Part shown: positions 32,527 to 42,224 of the stretch, piece by piece
Numbering within the stretch: the stretch's first letter is position 1
Layout: each line of letters opens with the position of its first letter
Source: Methanotrichaceae archaeon
GTDB lineage: Archaea > Halobacteriota > Methanosarcinia > Methanotrichales > Methanotrichaceae
Direction: 5' to 3'
Length of the DNA stretch: 64,000 bases
Assembly: GCA_963813075.1 (NCBI GenBank)
Contig: CAWEXU010000030.1
Span: 32,001-96,000 of the forward strand
The notes under the pieces: model-generated
What the model saw: the letters and a program-made list of their open reading frames with translations, nothing else
The model's database searches: none
What the model was told of the DNA's origin: nothing
Position numbers and translations under genes: made by a program

Positions 32527-33420
32527 ATGCTGATTTTGAGCGGAGGCACGGGAACTCCCAAGCTCCTGCGTGGGCTGAAGGAGCTGGTCGCTCCTGAGGA
32601 CCTCTCAGTGGTGGTGAACACCGCTGAAGACCTCTGGATTTCCGGGAACTACATATCGCCGGATATTGATTCAGTTCTCTATACCCTGGCAGATATGATC
32701 GATGAGAAGAGGTGGTGGGGCATAAAAGGGGACAGGACTCTAACCCACGACTTCCTCCTCATGATGGGAGTGGACGAGAAGCTCACCGTGGGAGATAGGG
32801 ACCGGGCAGTGCACATATTTCGCACCAATCTCCTCCGCCGGGGGGTCAAGCTCAGCCTTACCACCGAGGCCATAGCCGAAGCCCTGGGGGTTATGCAGAG
32901 GGTGGTCCCGATGACCGATGACATCGTCTCCACAGTCATCAGCACATCGGAGGGAATGATGCACTTTCAGGACTTCTGGGTGAGCCTGAAGGGGAAGCCA
33001 GAGGTTGAATCGGTGATCTTCACCGGATTGGAGGAGGCCCTCCCCTGCCCTGGATTCCTGGATCTATTGGAGAAGGAGGATACCATTATCATCGGCCCCA
33101 GCAATCCGGTCACCAGCATCGGTCCAATCCTCGCCCTCACCGGGGTGCGTGACCGCCTGAAGAAGAAGAAGGTGGTGGCGATCAGCCCATTTATAGGTAA
33201 CCGGCCGGTGAGCGGTCCGGCGGCAAAGCTCATGGAGGCCTGCGGTGTTCCGGCCAGCGATGAGGGGGTGGCAGAGCTCCTGGGCAAGATAGACCTCTTT
33301 GTGGTGGACAAGAAGAGCGACTACTCCGGGGAGTGCGTGCGTATGAAAACCCTTATGAGGACAAAAAATGAGAGTCTGGCAATGGCGAAAGGTTTGCTGG
33401 ATTTGATCGGATGTTCTTAG
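32527..33420 (+). CDS. cofD: 2-Phospho-L-lactate transferase
   Basis: LSGGTGTPKL, PDIDSVLY, GDRDRA, HFQDFWV, GPSNPVTSIGPIL and SGPAAKLM motifs. Confidence 0.93.
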   Translation: MLILSGGTGTPKLLRGLKELVAPEDLSVVVNTAEDLWISGNYISPDIDSVLYTLADMIDEKRWWGIKGDRTLTHDFLLMMGVDEKLTVGDRDRAVHIFRTNLLRRGVKLSLTTEAIAEALGVMQRVVPMTDDIVSTVISTSEGMMHFQDFWVSLKGKPEVESVIFTGLEEALPCPGFLDLLEKEDTIIIGPSNPVTSIGPILALTGVRDRLKKKKVVAISPFIGNRPVSGPAAKLMEACGVPASDEGVAELLGKIDLFVVDKKSDYSGECVRMKTLMRTKNESLAMAKGLLDLIGCS

Positions 33421-34370
33421 GCGTAGACCACGGGACCACCGCTATCAGGTTTGCCAGTGAAAAGGGCTCCACTTATGAGCTCTCGCGCAGCCTGGCTGCT
33501 GATCTCTCTTCTGAGCAGATATTATCCCGGGTTATAGAGGGCCTGGGCCCGGAAAAGGTGGACCTGGTTGCTCTCTCCTACTCCATGGGCGACGGCCTGA
33601 CCAGTATCGTGAGGCTCGAGGACGCTGCCAACCGGGGGGTGATAAGCCAGGATGGGGCAGGCCTGCACCAGGGAGGAGGGACTCAGGTATTCGAGGCCGT
33701 CAAAGCATCGGGCTGGCCGGCCATACTTCTGCCCGGAATTCATCGCGCAAGCAGGATGGACCCCCGATTTCGGGTATTCAGCCACGGCATGAGCCCGGAG
33801 AAGGTGGGCCTCGCCTATGGCGTCTTCAGGAAGAAGAGCTCCAGCTTCATCGTTTGCGACGCCAGCTCCAATACGGTCAGCTTTGCTGTTCTGAATGGCG
33901 AGATCGCAGGGGCCATTGACGCCCCCATATTCGCCCCCGGCCTCTTGCAGGGACCTTTAGACGTACAGGCGATAAGAGATGTCGACTCCGGAAGGCTGAC
34001 CGCAAACCAGGCCTTCAATTGGGGTGGCATCCTCTCCAAGATGGGGCGGAAGGGTTTGGATCAATGCTCCCAAGAGGAACGCCATCTGGCCACAGAGACC
34101 CTCGCCCTCTTCGCCGCCATGGAGATCAGTGCCCTTCTGGTCCTCTGCCGTGACCTGGGCCATGAGGCCCCAACGCTCTTCCTGGCCGGAAGCCCGGCGA
34201 AGGAGATTGAGCCGCGGGTATCTGCCCTCCTGGATAGAGCGGTCCTGCCCCTGGAGAGATCGGCGGCTGCTCAGGGCTGCGCCTGGATAGCAGAGGACGT
34301 ATTCGCCGGAAGGGAGAGTATCCTGGGAATTGCCGTCGATGAGAGGGTCGGGGCAGGAAAGAAAGGTTAA
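33411..34370 (+). CDS. Methanogenesis marker protein 12 (UPF0285, ASKHA-like)
   Basis: FLGVDHGTTAIRF, SYSMGDG, AG...GGGT, D.SSNTV and GPLDV motifs. Confidence 0.8.
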   Translation: MFLGVDHGTTAIRFASEKGSTYELSRSLAADLSSEQILSRVIEGLGPEKVDLVALSYSMGDGLTSIVRLEDAANRGVISQDGAGLHQGGGTQVFEAVKASGWPAILLPGIHRASRMDPRFRVFSHGMSPEKVGLAYGVFRKKSSSFIVCDASSNTVSFAVLNGEIAGAIDAPIFAPGLLQGPLDVQAIRDVDSGRLTANQAFNWGGILSKMGRKGLDQCSQEERHLATETLALFAAMEISALLVLCRDLGHEAPTLFLAGSPAKEIEPRVSALLDRAVLPLERSAAAQGCAWIAEDVFAGRESILGIAVDERVGAGKKG

Positions 34371-34397
34371 TCCATCTGGCTGATAGAGGCCTAACTT

Positions 34398-34643
34398 ATG
34401 GAGACGATTACCGATAGAGAGATACGGGATCTGGAGGACCGGGCCTCATACATCAAGGGCGAGAAGGCCAAAGTTCTGAAAGAGGAGGCAGAGCTTGCCA
34501 TGACCAGGGCAGAGGCCGCGGGATTGGGTCCGGAGCTGATCGACCGCCTTGATATCCTTTTGCTCAATCTCACCGAGGCATCGCGTGATGTCTGCACCAA
34601 TACCAGATGTCCTCATTACGGCAAAAAGTGCAAGATGAGGTAA
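34398..34643 (+). CDS. Small hypothetical protein with C-terminal Cys motif
   Basis: 81 aa, GAGG upstream, ends CTNTRCPHYGKKCKMR. Confidence 0.7.
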   Translation: METITDREIRDLEDRASYIKGEKAKVLKEEAELAMTRAEAAGLGPELIDRLDILLLNLTEASRDVCTNTRCPHYGKKCKMR

Positions 34644-35013
34644 GGGAATGATAATAATAGTCCCGGCATCAGCCAGGACTATGGATAAAAGTAATATTAT
34701 TTTTACCTGACTCCGGACCTGCTATCAGACCACTTATTCAGGAGCGTAGGTAGGGCGACGACAAGCACACCAAATAGAATAATGGCGTATATCTGAGACA
34801 TCATATCCATCTTTTCTCACCTCCGGAAATTGGTATATTGACCCGGTTGGGTTTAGGTGCAGACCATGATAAACTTTTTGCTGCCAGATGCCAGGCAGCC
34901 TGAGATCATCAGCCCGGTGCAGCATGGATTTGGGACGTAGGAAGGAAAAATACAGGCCAAACCACAAGGAGACAAGCGATTCCTTAGCTCTTCGGGAAAA
35001 AGGAAAAAAAGGT

Positions 35014-35229
35014 GGCTCTTCGCTGTTTCTTGTGGGCTAAAATCAGGTTACTATGGTTTTGCCGTTTTAGTTCATCTGCATACGTACTCTGTGAACTGTG
35101 AGCTATGTGGTTGAAACGTTGCCAGCCGCAGGTTATGCAGTTGCTAACGACTACCGCAGAGGCACAGAGCGCACGGAGAACTCACGAGAGAACTCATGAT
35201 CGATTACCCACTCGACATAGCGAGGAACC
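35014..35229 (+). mobile_element. MITE-like element (216 bp) with imperfect terminal inverted repeats and 8-bp target-site duplication
   Basis: Ends GGCTCTTCGCT ... AGCGAGGAACC; AAAAAGGT at both 35006-35013 and 35230-35237; second copy at 20617-20756. Confidence 0.8.
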
Positions 35230-35443
35230 AAAAAGGTAAAATTGGTAAAAAAGGTAAAAAGCAATTTAACCTTTTTGTTAAATGTAAATTTACTAATTAG
35301 GGGCCTTATAGGAAAAACTAAGATCGATTAAGCAATTAAATGATAGCAAAATTGTCTATTATCGGAAAAGGTTTAAATAATCTAAACTCATGCCTTGTGA
35401 CTGTGAACTGGCCCAGGGAGATGATCGGTCCAGAGCACAGGAG

Positions 35444-35599
35444 ATGAATATGGCAGGCTTTACACAGAATGAACCACCCAATGTGGGGAAGGATGTACAG
35501 GTCAAGGGATCTTTAACATCAGAGGACGGCGGATTTTACACCATCATTGTATCTGCAATCATATTCTTGATTGCCGCACTATCCGGTCATCTGGCATAG
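35444..35599 (+). CDS. Small membrane protein (~51 aa)
   Basis: BRE/TATA GAAAAGGTTTAAATA at ~35365-35379, AGGAG before ATG, single C-terminal hydrophobic helix. Confidence 0.55.
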   Translation: MNMAGFTQNEPPNVGKDVQVKGSLTSEDGGFYTIIVSAIIFLIAALSGHLA

Positions 35600-35708
35600 A
35601 AAAGTTCATTTAATAAATATTTTTAGTCTCTGTATTCCTTTCGCCCTTTATCGACAACTTTCCGGGCGCATCTGCTTTCTTGGCCAATCGCAGCGTGGCC
35701 TCTTCGCT

Positions 35709-36356
35709 CTATATCGGAGGGGATCTCTTTTTTCCTCTGCCGGGCAGAGTTCTATATATCCGTGCCCCTGAGGCGATCGCTCCGGAGGCACTCAGCCTCT
35801 GGATATGAGGCGATATATCCCCGCTCCTCTGCAGGAACTGCTCAGCCACCAGCCCCTCCAGCTTCTTTTTGTCCACCATCTTCCCCTTTCCAATCCCCGG
35901 ACAGGTGGGATTGTAGCTGATGTTAAGAAGTATATCTCCATTGGATAGCGTCTCCTCTTCCACCCGAAAAGGAAAGAGCCGGCAGGCGATCGGACGCATG
36001 GAATAGATGCTGCAGCCCTCCCGGTAGAAGACGCAGGTGGTATCCTCTTTGCTTTTCATCACCGGCAGGTCGAGGATCACCCGTCGCCCCTCATCCTCGA
36101 TTCTAACATAGCAGCCACTGTATTCGTATAGGGTATCCACGAAGTCCGGGGGCCTTTTGCCCGTCCTTTTGCTGATGGCACAGACATCCTTCTCCGTGAG
36201 ATAGATCAGGTTGGAGCTTCTCCAAAAATCCTCTATCTGCTCAGAGGGAATGAGATCATCGAACTCCAGAGGCCTTTTATGGTGGCAGCATGAGCCGCAC
36301 CTCTGGCACTGGAATCGGATATTGCCAAATATGGCTTTTACCATAACCCGGGGCAT
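35709..36356 (-). CDS. YkgJ-family cysteine-cluster protein
   Basis: FQCQRCGSCC, CVFY..GCSIYSMRPIACRLFPF and CPGIG motifs. Confidence 0.85.
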   Translation of the reverse strand: MPRVMVKAIFGNIRFQCQRCGSCCHHKRPLEFDDLIPSEQIEDFWRSSNLIYLTEKDVCAISKRTGKRPPDFVDTLYEYSGCYVRIEDEGRRVILDLPVMKSKEDTTCVFYREGCSIYSMRPIACRLFPFRVEEETLSNGDILLNISYNPTCPGIGKGKMVDKKKLEGLVAEQFLQRSGDISPHIQRLSASGAIASGARIYRTLPGRGKKRSPPI

Positions 36357-36392
36357 AAATCCCCTCAAAAAAAGAGAAAAGGAGAAGGCGAC

Positions 36393-37328
36393 CTAAAGGG
36401 TCGTCTTCAGGGGATGCTTCTCGGCCAGAACTTCCAGTCCCAGCTCCTGGGCGGACTCTGCCTTCATGATATCCACCATTGCTGCCGCGGGGAAGATCAT
36501 GGGGGCGTTCTCAATGGGCCCGTAGAGGTAGTAGTCAGCACCGACGATTCCGGCCACCAGGTTCGAGCCGATATCGACAGGAGCGAAAGCCTCCTTGTGC
36601 TGCTTCTTCCACTTCTTCATCCAGTCCCAGGCAGATGCGCCGTTATGGAATCCTCCGCCCACCGGCAGGCCGTACATGGCCTTGATGGCGATGCAAGCCC
36701 TGTAGGTTGCACCGGATCCGGCTCCCAGGGGCATGGCTGCGGTATCGATGAGAGGCCTGGTGATGCCGCACTCTTTGGCGTAATCCATCAGAGGCTTCTG
36801 AGCGCCGCCTGCGGCCTTGTTCATCATGTCCAGCTTGCCCTTGGTCCCCTTCTCAATGGCGTTGAAGATGAGGATGATCGCCGAGTCAAGATCGCTCTCT
36901 TTGACTGCTGCCAGCTCCTCGGGGGTGATGGAGGCATTGATGGAGTTATGGATGGCTCTGTCTGCCACACCGATCTCTGTGGCGTGCTTGACGCCGAAGG
37001 CCCGCACCTCTGGGGCAGAGGAGTCGATGAGGAATGGGTAATCGGATATGCCCACGAACCAGTCTATCTCTTTGGCCATGGCCTCATTGCTCTCGGCCAC
37101 GATCTGGTTCATGCAGCTGTTTCCTGTAACCTCGCTCATCTCTACCTGGGTATTCCACAGCCGCTCTGCAGCTGCTACGTCAAAGACACCGTGCTCGGGG
37201 TCTGAGACTATCTTGTGTCTGGCATAGAACATGGTGCCAATGCAGCATGTGGGGTACTCGCCAGGCTGGCCCCCTAACTTGAATTTACCGAAATCGAAGA
37301 CTTCCTGCTTTCTATCAAATCTGAACAT
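36393..37328 (-). CDS. mtrH: Methyl-H4MPT:CoM methyltransferase subunit H
   Basis: MFRFDRKQEV, GGQPGEYPT, GTMFY.RHKIV and YGPIEN motifs. Confidence 0.96.
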   Translation of the reverse strand: MFRFDRKQEVFDFGKFKLGGQPGEYPTCCIGTMFYARHKIVSDPEHGVFDVAAAERLWNTQVEMSEVTGNSCMNQIVAESNEAMAKEIDWFVGISDYPFLIDSSAPEVRAFGVKHATEIGVADRAIHNSINASITPEELAAVKESDLDSAIILIFNAIEKGTKGKLDMMNKAAGGAQKPLMDYAKECGITRPLIDTAAMPLGAGSGATYRACIAIKAMYGLPVGGGFHNGASAWDWMKKWKKQHKEAFAPVDIGSNLVAGIVGADYYLYGPIENAPMIFPAAAMVDIMKAESAQELGLEVLAEKHPLKTTL

Positions 37329-37586
37329 TCAAATCACCGCCGTCCAATTGCCTGCGTAAACGAACAGTACGTATGCTAAGACCAGGATCAATCCTGCGCA
37401 GATACCATAGGCCATGCCCAGATCTCTGCCGATGGATTTGCCGGCTCTCATATACTTCTCTGAGGAGTAGAACTCTATCTTCTCCTCTATCTTCTCCAGC
37501 CTTGCCATCACATCTCTGAGCTGATCAGGATCGACCACCGCAACGGGTACTACCGGCTTGGTATCTTCTGGCATATGTTCTGGCAT
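37329..37586 (-). CDS. mtrG: Mtr subunit G
   Basis: RLEKIEEKIEF...GKSIGRDLGMAYG; operon position. Confidence 0.92.
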   Translation of the reverse strand: MPEHMPEDTKPVVPVAVVDPDQLRDVMARLEKIEEKIEFYSSEKYMRAGKSIGRDLGMAYGICAGLILVLAYVLFVYAGNWTAVI

Positions 37587-37589
37587 GGT

Positions 37590-37817
37590 TCAAATCCCTC
37601 CCATGAAGGCAAAAGGCCCCAGCATCATCACAATAGCGAGGACAAAGCCGATGGCAAATCCTACGGAGACCGTGGACATGACGCCAGAGCTGAGCTTGGT
37701 CTCCCTGGCCAGAAGCTGGCCCTTATACCGGACATCCTCTACAATCGCGTCGATCATGGGCATATTTGGCTCTATCACCGCGGGCAATCCCTGGCCATAT
37801 GCAATCTCTTCTGCCAT
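37590..37817 (-). CDS. mtrF: Mtr subunit F
   Basis: VEDVRYKGQLLARETKLSSG; operon position. Confidence 0.92.
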   Translation of the reverse strand: MAEEIAYGQGLPAVIEPNMPMIDAIVEDVRYKGQLLARETKLSSGVMSTVSVGFAIGFVLAIVMMLGPFAFMGGI

Positions 37818-37818
37818 T

Positions 37819-38550
37819 TTACATTCCTCCTGCCACTCTGAGAATCAATCCAAAGAGGACCAAGACCACGGTCATGCCCAGAGCTATGCCCTCGATCTTG
37901 CCGGCATAAATGCCCGCTTGGAGCTTATTGAGGAGGCCGACGTTGGTCACGGCGGTGTCTATGCCGCGCATCCGTCCCCTTACCTCCACCATCTCTGCTG
38001 CCATGGGCTTGAGGCCGCCTGCCTCTTCTTCTTCTCCGCCCTCTTTGATCTCAATGGCCATGGGCTCGACATCAAGAGCACCTGGGTCTTTGCTGGCCAG
38101 CTCTTTGACCTTGCCGGCAATGGCCCCGATGTCCTCGGTGTTCATCATCACGACCGCTTCGACCTGCTCCTTCCAGCGCTCAATGGCCTCGGGGGTCAGG
38201 TTCTGGATGAAGGGAATGGCTCCCTTGGCTCCGATGATCCTGCCTTCCTTGTCGATTCCGCTCTGGGTGAAGGCCTCGATCGCCTGCCCGGTGATGTGCC
38301 CCTTAACCTCCATTCCCGTGATCAGGACGTACCTGATGTTGGGGTTGGAGATGACATTGGCCACCATCTTCTCTATGCCGATGTTCTCGGTCTTGCAGGG
38401 CCCGGCCAGAGCCGCTCCCGCCTTGATCAGATCATCGTTGTGAAGGTGCGATCCGCAGGTACATACTGCGACCGGGCTCTCCGGATTTCCCACCTCATAC
38501 TCGCCTGTGATCGTCGGCCAGGGGTCAGAAGGCTTCTTTTTAAGAACCAT
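37819..38550 (-). CDS. mtrA: Mtr subunit A (corrinoid protein)
   Basis: GPCKTENIGIEK, NPNIR, EVKGHITGQ and GAIPFI motifs. Confidence 0.96.
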   Translation of the reverse strand: MVLKKKPSDPWPTITGEYEVGNPESPVAVCTCGSHLHNDDLIKAGAALAGPCKTENIGIEKMVANVISNPNIRYVLITGMEVKGHITGQAIEAFTQSGIDKEGRIIGAKGAIPFIQNLTPEAIERWKEQVEAVVMMNTEDIGAIAGKVKELASKDPGALDVEPMAIEIKEGGEEEEAGGLKPMAAEMVEVRGRMRGIDTAVTNVGLLNKLQAGIYAGKIEGIALGMTVVLVLFGLILRVAGGM

Positions 38551-38552
38551 CT

Positions 38553-38903
38553 CTAAGCACCTCCAAGAGCTTTCTTGACGATCTCAAATGTGGCCGGATT
38601 GGTGAACGCCATAGATAGCAGCAACACGAAGGACAGCACCAGACCGATGATGAATCCCATCCAGATGTTGGTGTATAGACCTGCTATGTATGATGCCTTT
38701 CCTCTTCTGGCGTACGACGACAGGAGCTCATTGTCCGGCACAAGCTGATTCACGAGGTCGTCAGCCACTTTGTCCAGTATTTCTATTTTCTCATAGACTG
38801 GGTCGAAGGTGAACAAGACCACGTCCGCCCTCTGCTCCGAGACCACTCCTTTCATGGGGTCGAAGATCAGGCCCAGTTCCGGTGAAACTCTAACAAATCC
38901 CAT
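38553..38903 (-). CDS. mtrB: Mtr subunit B
   Basis: VRVSPE, ADDLVNQL.P, C-terminal TM; operon position. Confidence 0.9.
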   Translation of the reverse strand: MGFVRVSPELGLIFDPMKGVVSEQRADVVLFTFDPVYEKIEILDKVADDLVNQLVPDNELLSSYARRGKASYIAGLYTNIWMGFIIGLVLSFVLLLSMAFTNPATFEIVKKALGGA

Positions 38904-38915
38904 ATCTAGAACACC

Positions 38916-39743
38916 TCACTGCACCGTTGGCGGCAATAGTCCTGTTCCGACAACCGCGGATGCATCCCTCTTGACCAGACGGTAGAACATCTTGAAGAAG
39001 TAGAACCATATGGCAAAGCCGATGATGATCTGCAGCAGTCCTGCACTCAGGCCCTGGGTCAACAAGGCCCCAATTCCCGTGGTGATCATGGCCAGTCCGC
39101 CCACCATTATCGCATTAACCAGGGTCCTATCCTGCTTCTCATCCGGGCCTAGATTGGCATTGAAGGGATGCAGGATGGCAAGGCCTCCAGCGATGAAGAT
39201 GATGGCGATGTAGCCGGTCATGAGAACATCGTTCACAATATCGGCATATCCCAGAGTGCCGGATATGGCAAAGCTCCAGCCGAGAATGGCCAGTGCGCCT
39301 GCCATGGACAGATCGGCATTGCCCTCCTCCATCACCGGGATGTTGAACTTGATGACCTTGTTGGCGATGACGCCGATAACGTAGCCGAAGACGCCGGCAT
39401 AGACCAGGGTGATGATCGGGCCGAGCATTCCGAATCCCAGTGTTTCTGCCACAGAGAGACCGAACATAACGGCGATGATGCCCATGCCCAATGCGAGCAT
39501 GCCAATTGATGGAACTCCGGTACCAATACCGTAAGCGCAGACTCTTCGCACCGCATTGGCGCCCATGACCACGGCAAATATGGCGGCCACCGCTCCGATA
39601 AAGGAGAACACCTCGGTATTAAGGGCGGAATTGAGTATTGCGCCCAGATATATTCCCACAATAGAGCCCACCAGGCCGTACATTCTCAGCTTCTTGGGGT
39701 CATATGCAGACGGCGCTCCGCCTGCCGCTCCTCCTAAGGACAT
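38916..39743 (-). CDS. mtrC: Mtr subunit C
   Basis: VRRVCAYGIGTGVPSIGM and LHPFNANLGPDE motifs. Confidence 0.95.
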   Translation of the reverse strand: MSLGGAAGGAPSAYDPKKLRMYGLVGSIVGIYLGAILNSALNTEVFSFIGAVAAIFAVVMGANAVRRVCAYGIGTGVPSIGMLALGMGIIAVMFGLSVAETLGFGMLGPIITLVYAGVFGYVIGVIANKVIKFNIPVMEEGNADLSMAGALAILGWSFAISGTLGYADIVNDVLMTGYIAIIFIAGGLAILHPFNANLGPDEKQDRTLVNAIMVGGLAMITTGIGALLTQGLSAGLLQIIIGFAIWFYFFKMFYRLVKRDASAVVGTGLLPPTVQ

Positions 39744-39744
39744 T

Positions 39745-40434
39745 TCAGGCACCTCCGGTGATCAACACTGATGCTAAAGCGAGCAGAATGCTGGCGATGG
39801 CGCAGGCTTTGAAGGCGAAGGGCCACTTCTTGAACTTGGGGTCATGGAAGCCCTCGATTGTTCCCTGGATGTTCCAGGAGGCAATCACAGCGTTCACCAG
39901 GAATATACCGATGGCGAACATGGCGCTCAAAGCGGCATTGCCGTTGATCAGATAGAGAGGATAATAGATCATGGCTCCGCCCAGGCCCCCCATCATGCCG
40001 CCGATAAGGCCGCTGACAAAGCAGATGGTGGGTATGCCCTGGCCGACTGTTCCCGGTGCCACATAAGGCGGCTGGGAAAATCCGGTTATGGGATCGTAGT
40101 TGACCTTGGCCGAGGCAAAGGGCACTCCTACGGCATAAGCGTATATCCAGGAGCCAGTGAGCATGGTAGATCCTATCATGATCCCTGCGCCGACAGCTCC
40201 TGAGGCCAGAATGATCCAGATGTTATCGGTAACTGACATCATCAGGCCGGCGGCCAATAAGCCAGTGAGGCCTGAACCAGCAGCGAGCTGCACTGTGCCC
40301 GTGCCGATGCCTGCTGCCTGGGCCATGGCCGCAGGCGCACCGCCCACAGGGACGAAGTGAACGCCAATCCCGACCAACAGCCCGCCCACGAGGATCTCCA
40401 GAATATATACAATAGTATAAGCATCGAAGTTCAT
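39745..40434 (-). CDS. mtrD: Mtr subunit D
   Basis: HFVPVGGAPAAMA, DPITG and GTIEGFHDPKFK motifs. Confidence 0.95.
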   Translation of the reverse strand: MNFDAYTIVYILEILVGGLLVGIGVHFVPVGGAPAAMAQAAGIGTGTVQLAAGSGLTGLLAAGLMMSVTDNIWIILASGAVGAGIMIGSTMLTGSWIYAYAVGVPFASAKVNYDPITGFSQPPYVAPGTVGQGIPTICFVSGLIGGMMGGLGGAMIYYPLYLINGNAALSAMFAIGIFLVNAVIASWNIQGTIEGFHDPKFKKWPFAFKACAIASILLALASVLITGGA

Positions 40435-41336
40435 GCTGCTATATCCCCCTTGTACTCCGGATAAGCTCCGTACTTTCTCCTGGCGGACCTCTCTATGTAG
40501 AGGTTATAGGCGACCTCAACAAGAATGAAGAAGACACCCATGAGAATGGCATAAGATGCCTGGGTGACAGGATCAAATACCGTCGTCCTCCAGTTATCCA
40601 AAAAGACCGTCAGTCCGAAGCCCATTCCAGTGGCCGGCCCGCCGAATTTGGTGCAGAACCAGGCGTTGTCAATGGAGTTTCTCAGACCTGCCTCAGCCTT
40701 CCTCACGATCTGGCCGGAGAGCATGGTGTTCAGACCGCAGCCGAACTGCCGGTTCTGGAACTCTCTCTCGCCGCCATAATGAATATCTCCTACCGAGGAG
40801 CCGATAGCACCCACAGCCAGTCCCCAGATCAGAGCGATGATGGGCATTGGGAAGGGATGCGGCGTTGGCAGCATGTATACCATGATATACGAAATAGTTG
40901 CAATACAGAATGATGTTATCCAGGCATGCGCCATAATCGATGGCGTGGTGTACCTGACGATATCCAGATAGACCCACTGGTTGAACCTGGCCTGGCTGGA
41001 GTTCCTGCCAAAGTAGGCACTCATTGAAAAGACACCGTTGAATAAAGCGGCAACGGATGCGCCTGCTACCAGGGCAAGCAATGCGGGCATCTGGAAGGCG
41101 GTAATAAGCGTATAGGCTACAATAGCTGCTGTGGCACACCACAGGGCATTGGCCGGGGGTTCGCCCGAGATGGCCTTATTATAAATCCTGTGGGGGTTGC
41201 CGACCTGGGCAGCCAATTGTACTTGCGAGTTGGGATTGCTCTGAGATCCTATATCGGATTCTATATCTTCAGAGGCACCAGCAACTGTCGCAAGGGCTCC
41301 CATTGCAGCTATAAGCCCCATGCTAAATGCGTCCAT
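40431..41336 (-). CDS. mtrE: Mtr subunit E
   Basis: EDIESDIGSQSNPNSQVQLA, NKAISGEP and GDIHYGGERE motifs. Confidence 0.96.
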   Translation of the reverse strand: MDAFSMGLIAAMGALATVAGASEDIESDIGSQSNPNSQVQLAAQVGNPHRIYNKAISGEPPANALWCATAAIVAYTLITAFQMPALLALVAGASVAALFNGVFSMSAYFGRNSSQARFNQWVYLDIVRYTTPSIMAHAWITSFCIATISYIMVYMLPTPHPFPMPIIALIWGLAVGAIGSSVGDIHYGGEREFQNRQFGCGLNTMLSGQIVRKAEAGLRNSIDNAWFCTKFGGPATGMGFGLTVFLDNWRTTVFDPVTQASYAILMGVFFILVEVAYNLYIERSARRKYGAYPEYKGDIAA

Positions 41337-41483
41337 TTATTCCTCCTCCTTTTCATTTTACCAATTTCATAGTTTTCCCCTATAAAATTGGCTATGACGC
41401 TCTTGGTATCAATTAGCCAAACTTATAAACCTTTCGCGATCCGGCAGGTAAATTTCCCGGATGGCGGATGGCAGGAAAAAATT

Positions 41484-42020
41484 TCACCAGGGCTCTCTCT
41501 TTGCCCCGATCTTATAGCCAATGATGTTGGTTATGCGGTGAAGGACCGGGGTGATGATCAGCACAATTATCATAATCAAAGGAGTGAAGTTGTGCCAAAA
41601 CCACAACGGTGCAATTAGCATAGTGAGAATCCATGCCCCTATGACAAAATCGATCTGATCGATTATAAAGAAGGGAGCACCACGCTTCATCCTCAGGCGG
41701 CGCTTGAAGAAGGCAGCCACGATATCCCCCAGCATTGCCCCAAAGGAGAGCCCCAGGAGAATGGGGAGCTGCTCGATGCCCGCGCCAAAGACCGGCAGGC
41801 CGAAGAACGGCGCGATCAGGTTTTGCACCAGACCCATCAGGACGCCGCAAACGGTCCCGGCGATGGTCCCCCGGAAGGTCTTGCCGTCGCCAAGAGTCCT
41901 CTCTCCGTCCTGGAAGACCCGTCCCATGTCCAGAGGAGTTCCCCCCCCAAATAAGGCAGCGAAGTTGTTGGGCAAATAGGCAGGCAGCATCAGCCAGAAG
42001 GCGACGATGAGGTCAATCAT
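41484..42020 (-). CDS. carS: CDP-archaeol synthase
   Basis: LPAY.PNN, GGGTPLD, GDGKT.RG, GAMLGD...FFKRRL, DQIDF, C-terminal EPW. Confidence 0.9.
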   Translation of the reverse strand: MIDLIVAFWLMLPAYLPNNFAALFGGGTPLDMGRVFQDGERTLGDGKTFRGTIAGTVCGVLMGLVQNLIAPFFGLPVFGAGIEQLPILLGLSFGAMLGDIVAAFFKRRLRMKRGAPFFIIDQIDFVIGAWILTMLIAPLWFWHNFTPLIMIIVLIITPVLHRITNIIGYKIGAKREPW

Positions 42021-42224
42021 TCTTCAATCCCATTCTTCTTTTTTATTCTTCTTATTCTATTCTTCTGTCCTATTTTTCTCTTCGCGGTCACCCCCATATA
42101 TCAAATTATCTGAGAGCGACCATATGGCCTTGGGGAGCAGATCTTTTAATACAAATGCACGACTGATGGCGAGAAATTCAAATCATAACATGGAGGCATT
42201 TGTCTGAGCAGGAAATTCAGCGAA

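Noticed and set aside
37558..38556. Long antisense ORFs (e.g. 37558-38556, 21793-22821, 48318-49334, 5079-5858)
   Set aside because: Shadows of well-supported genes on the opposite strand in GC-rich coding DNA; no motifs of their own
36393..41336. mtr operon, fae and mtd as unusual for an acetoclastic lineage
   Set aside because: Canonical gene order; these genes are known in Methanothrix and Methanosarcinales
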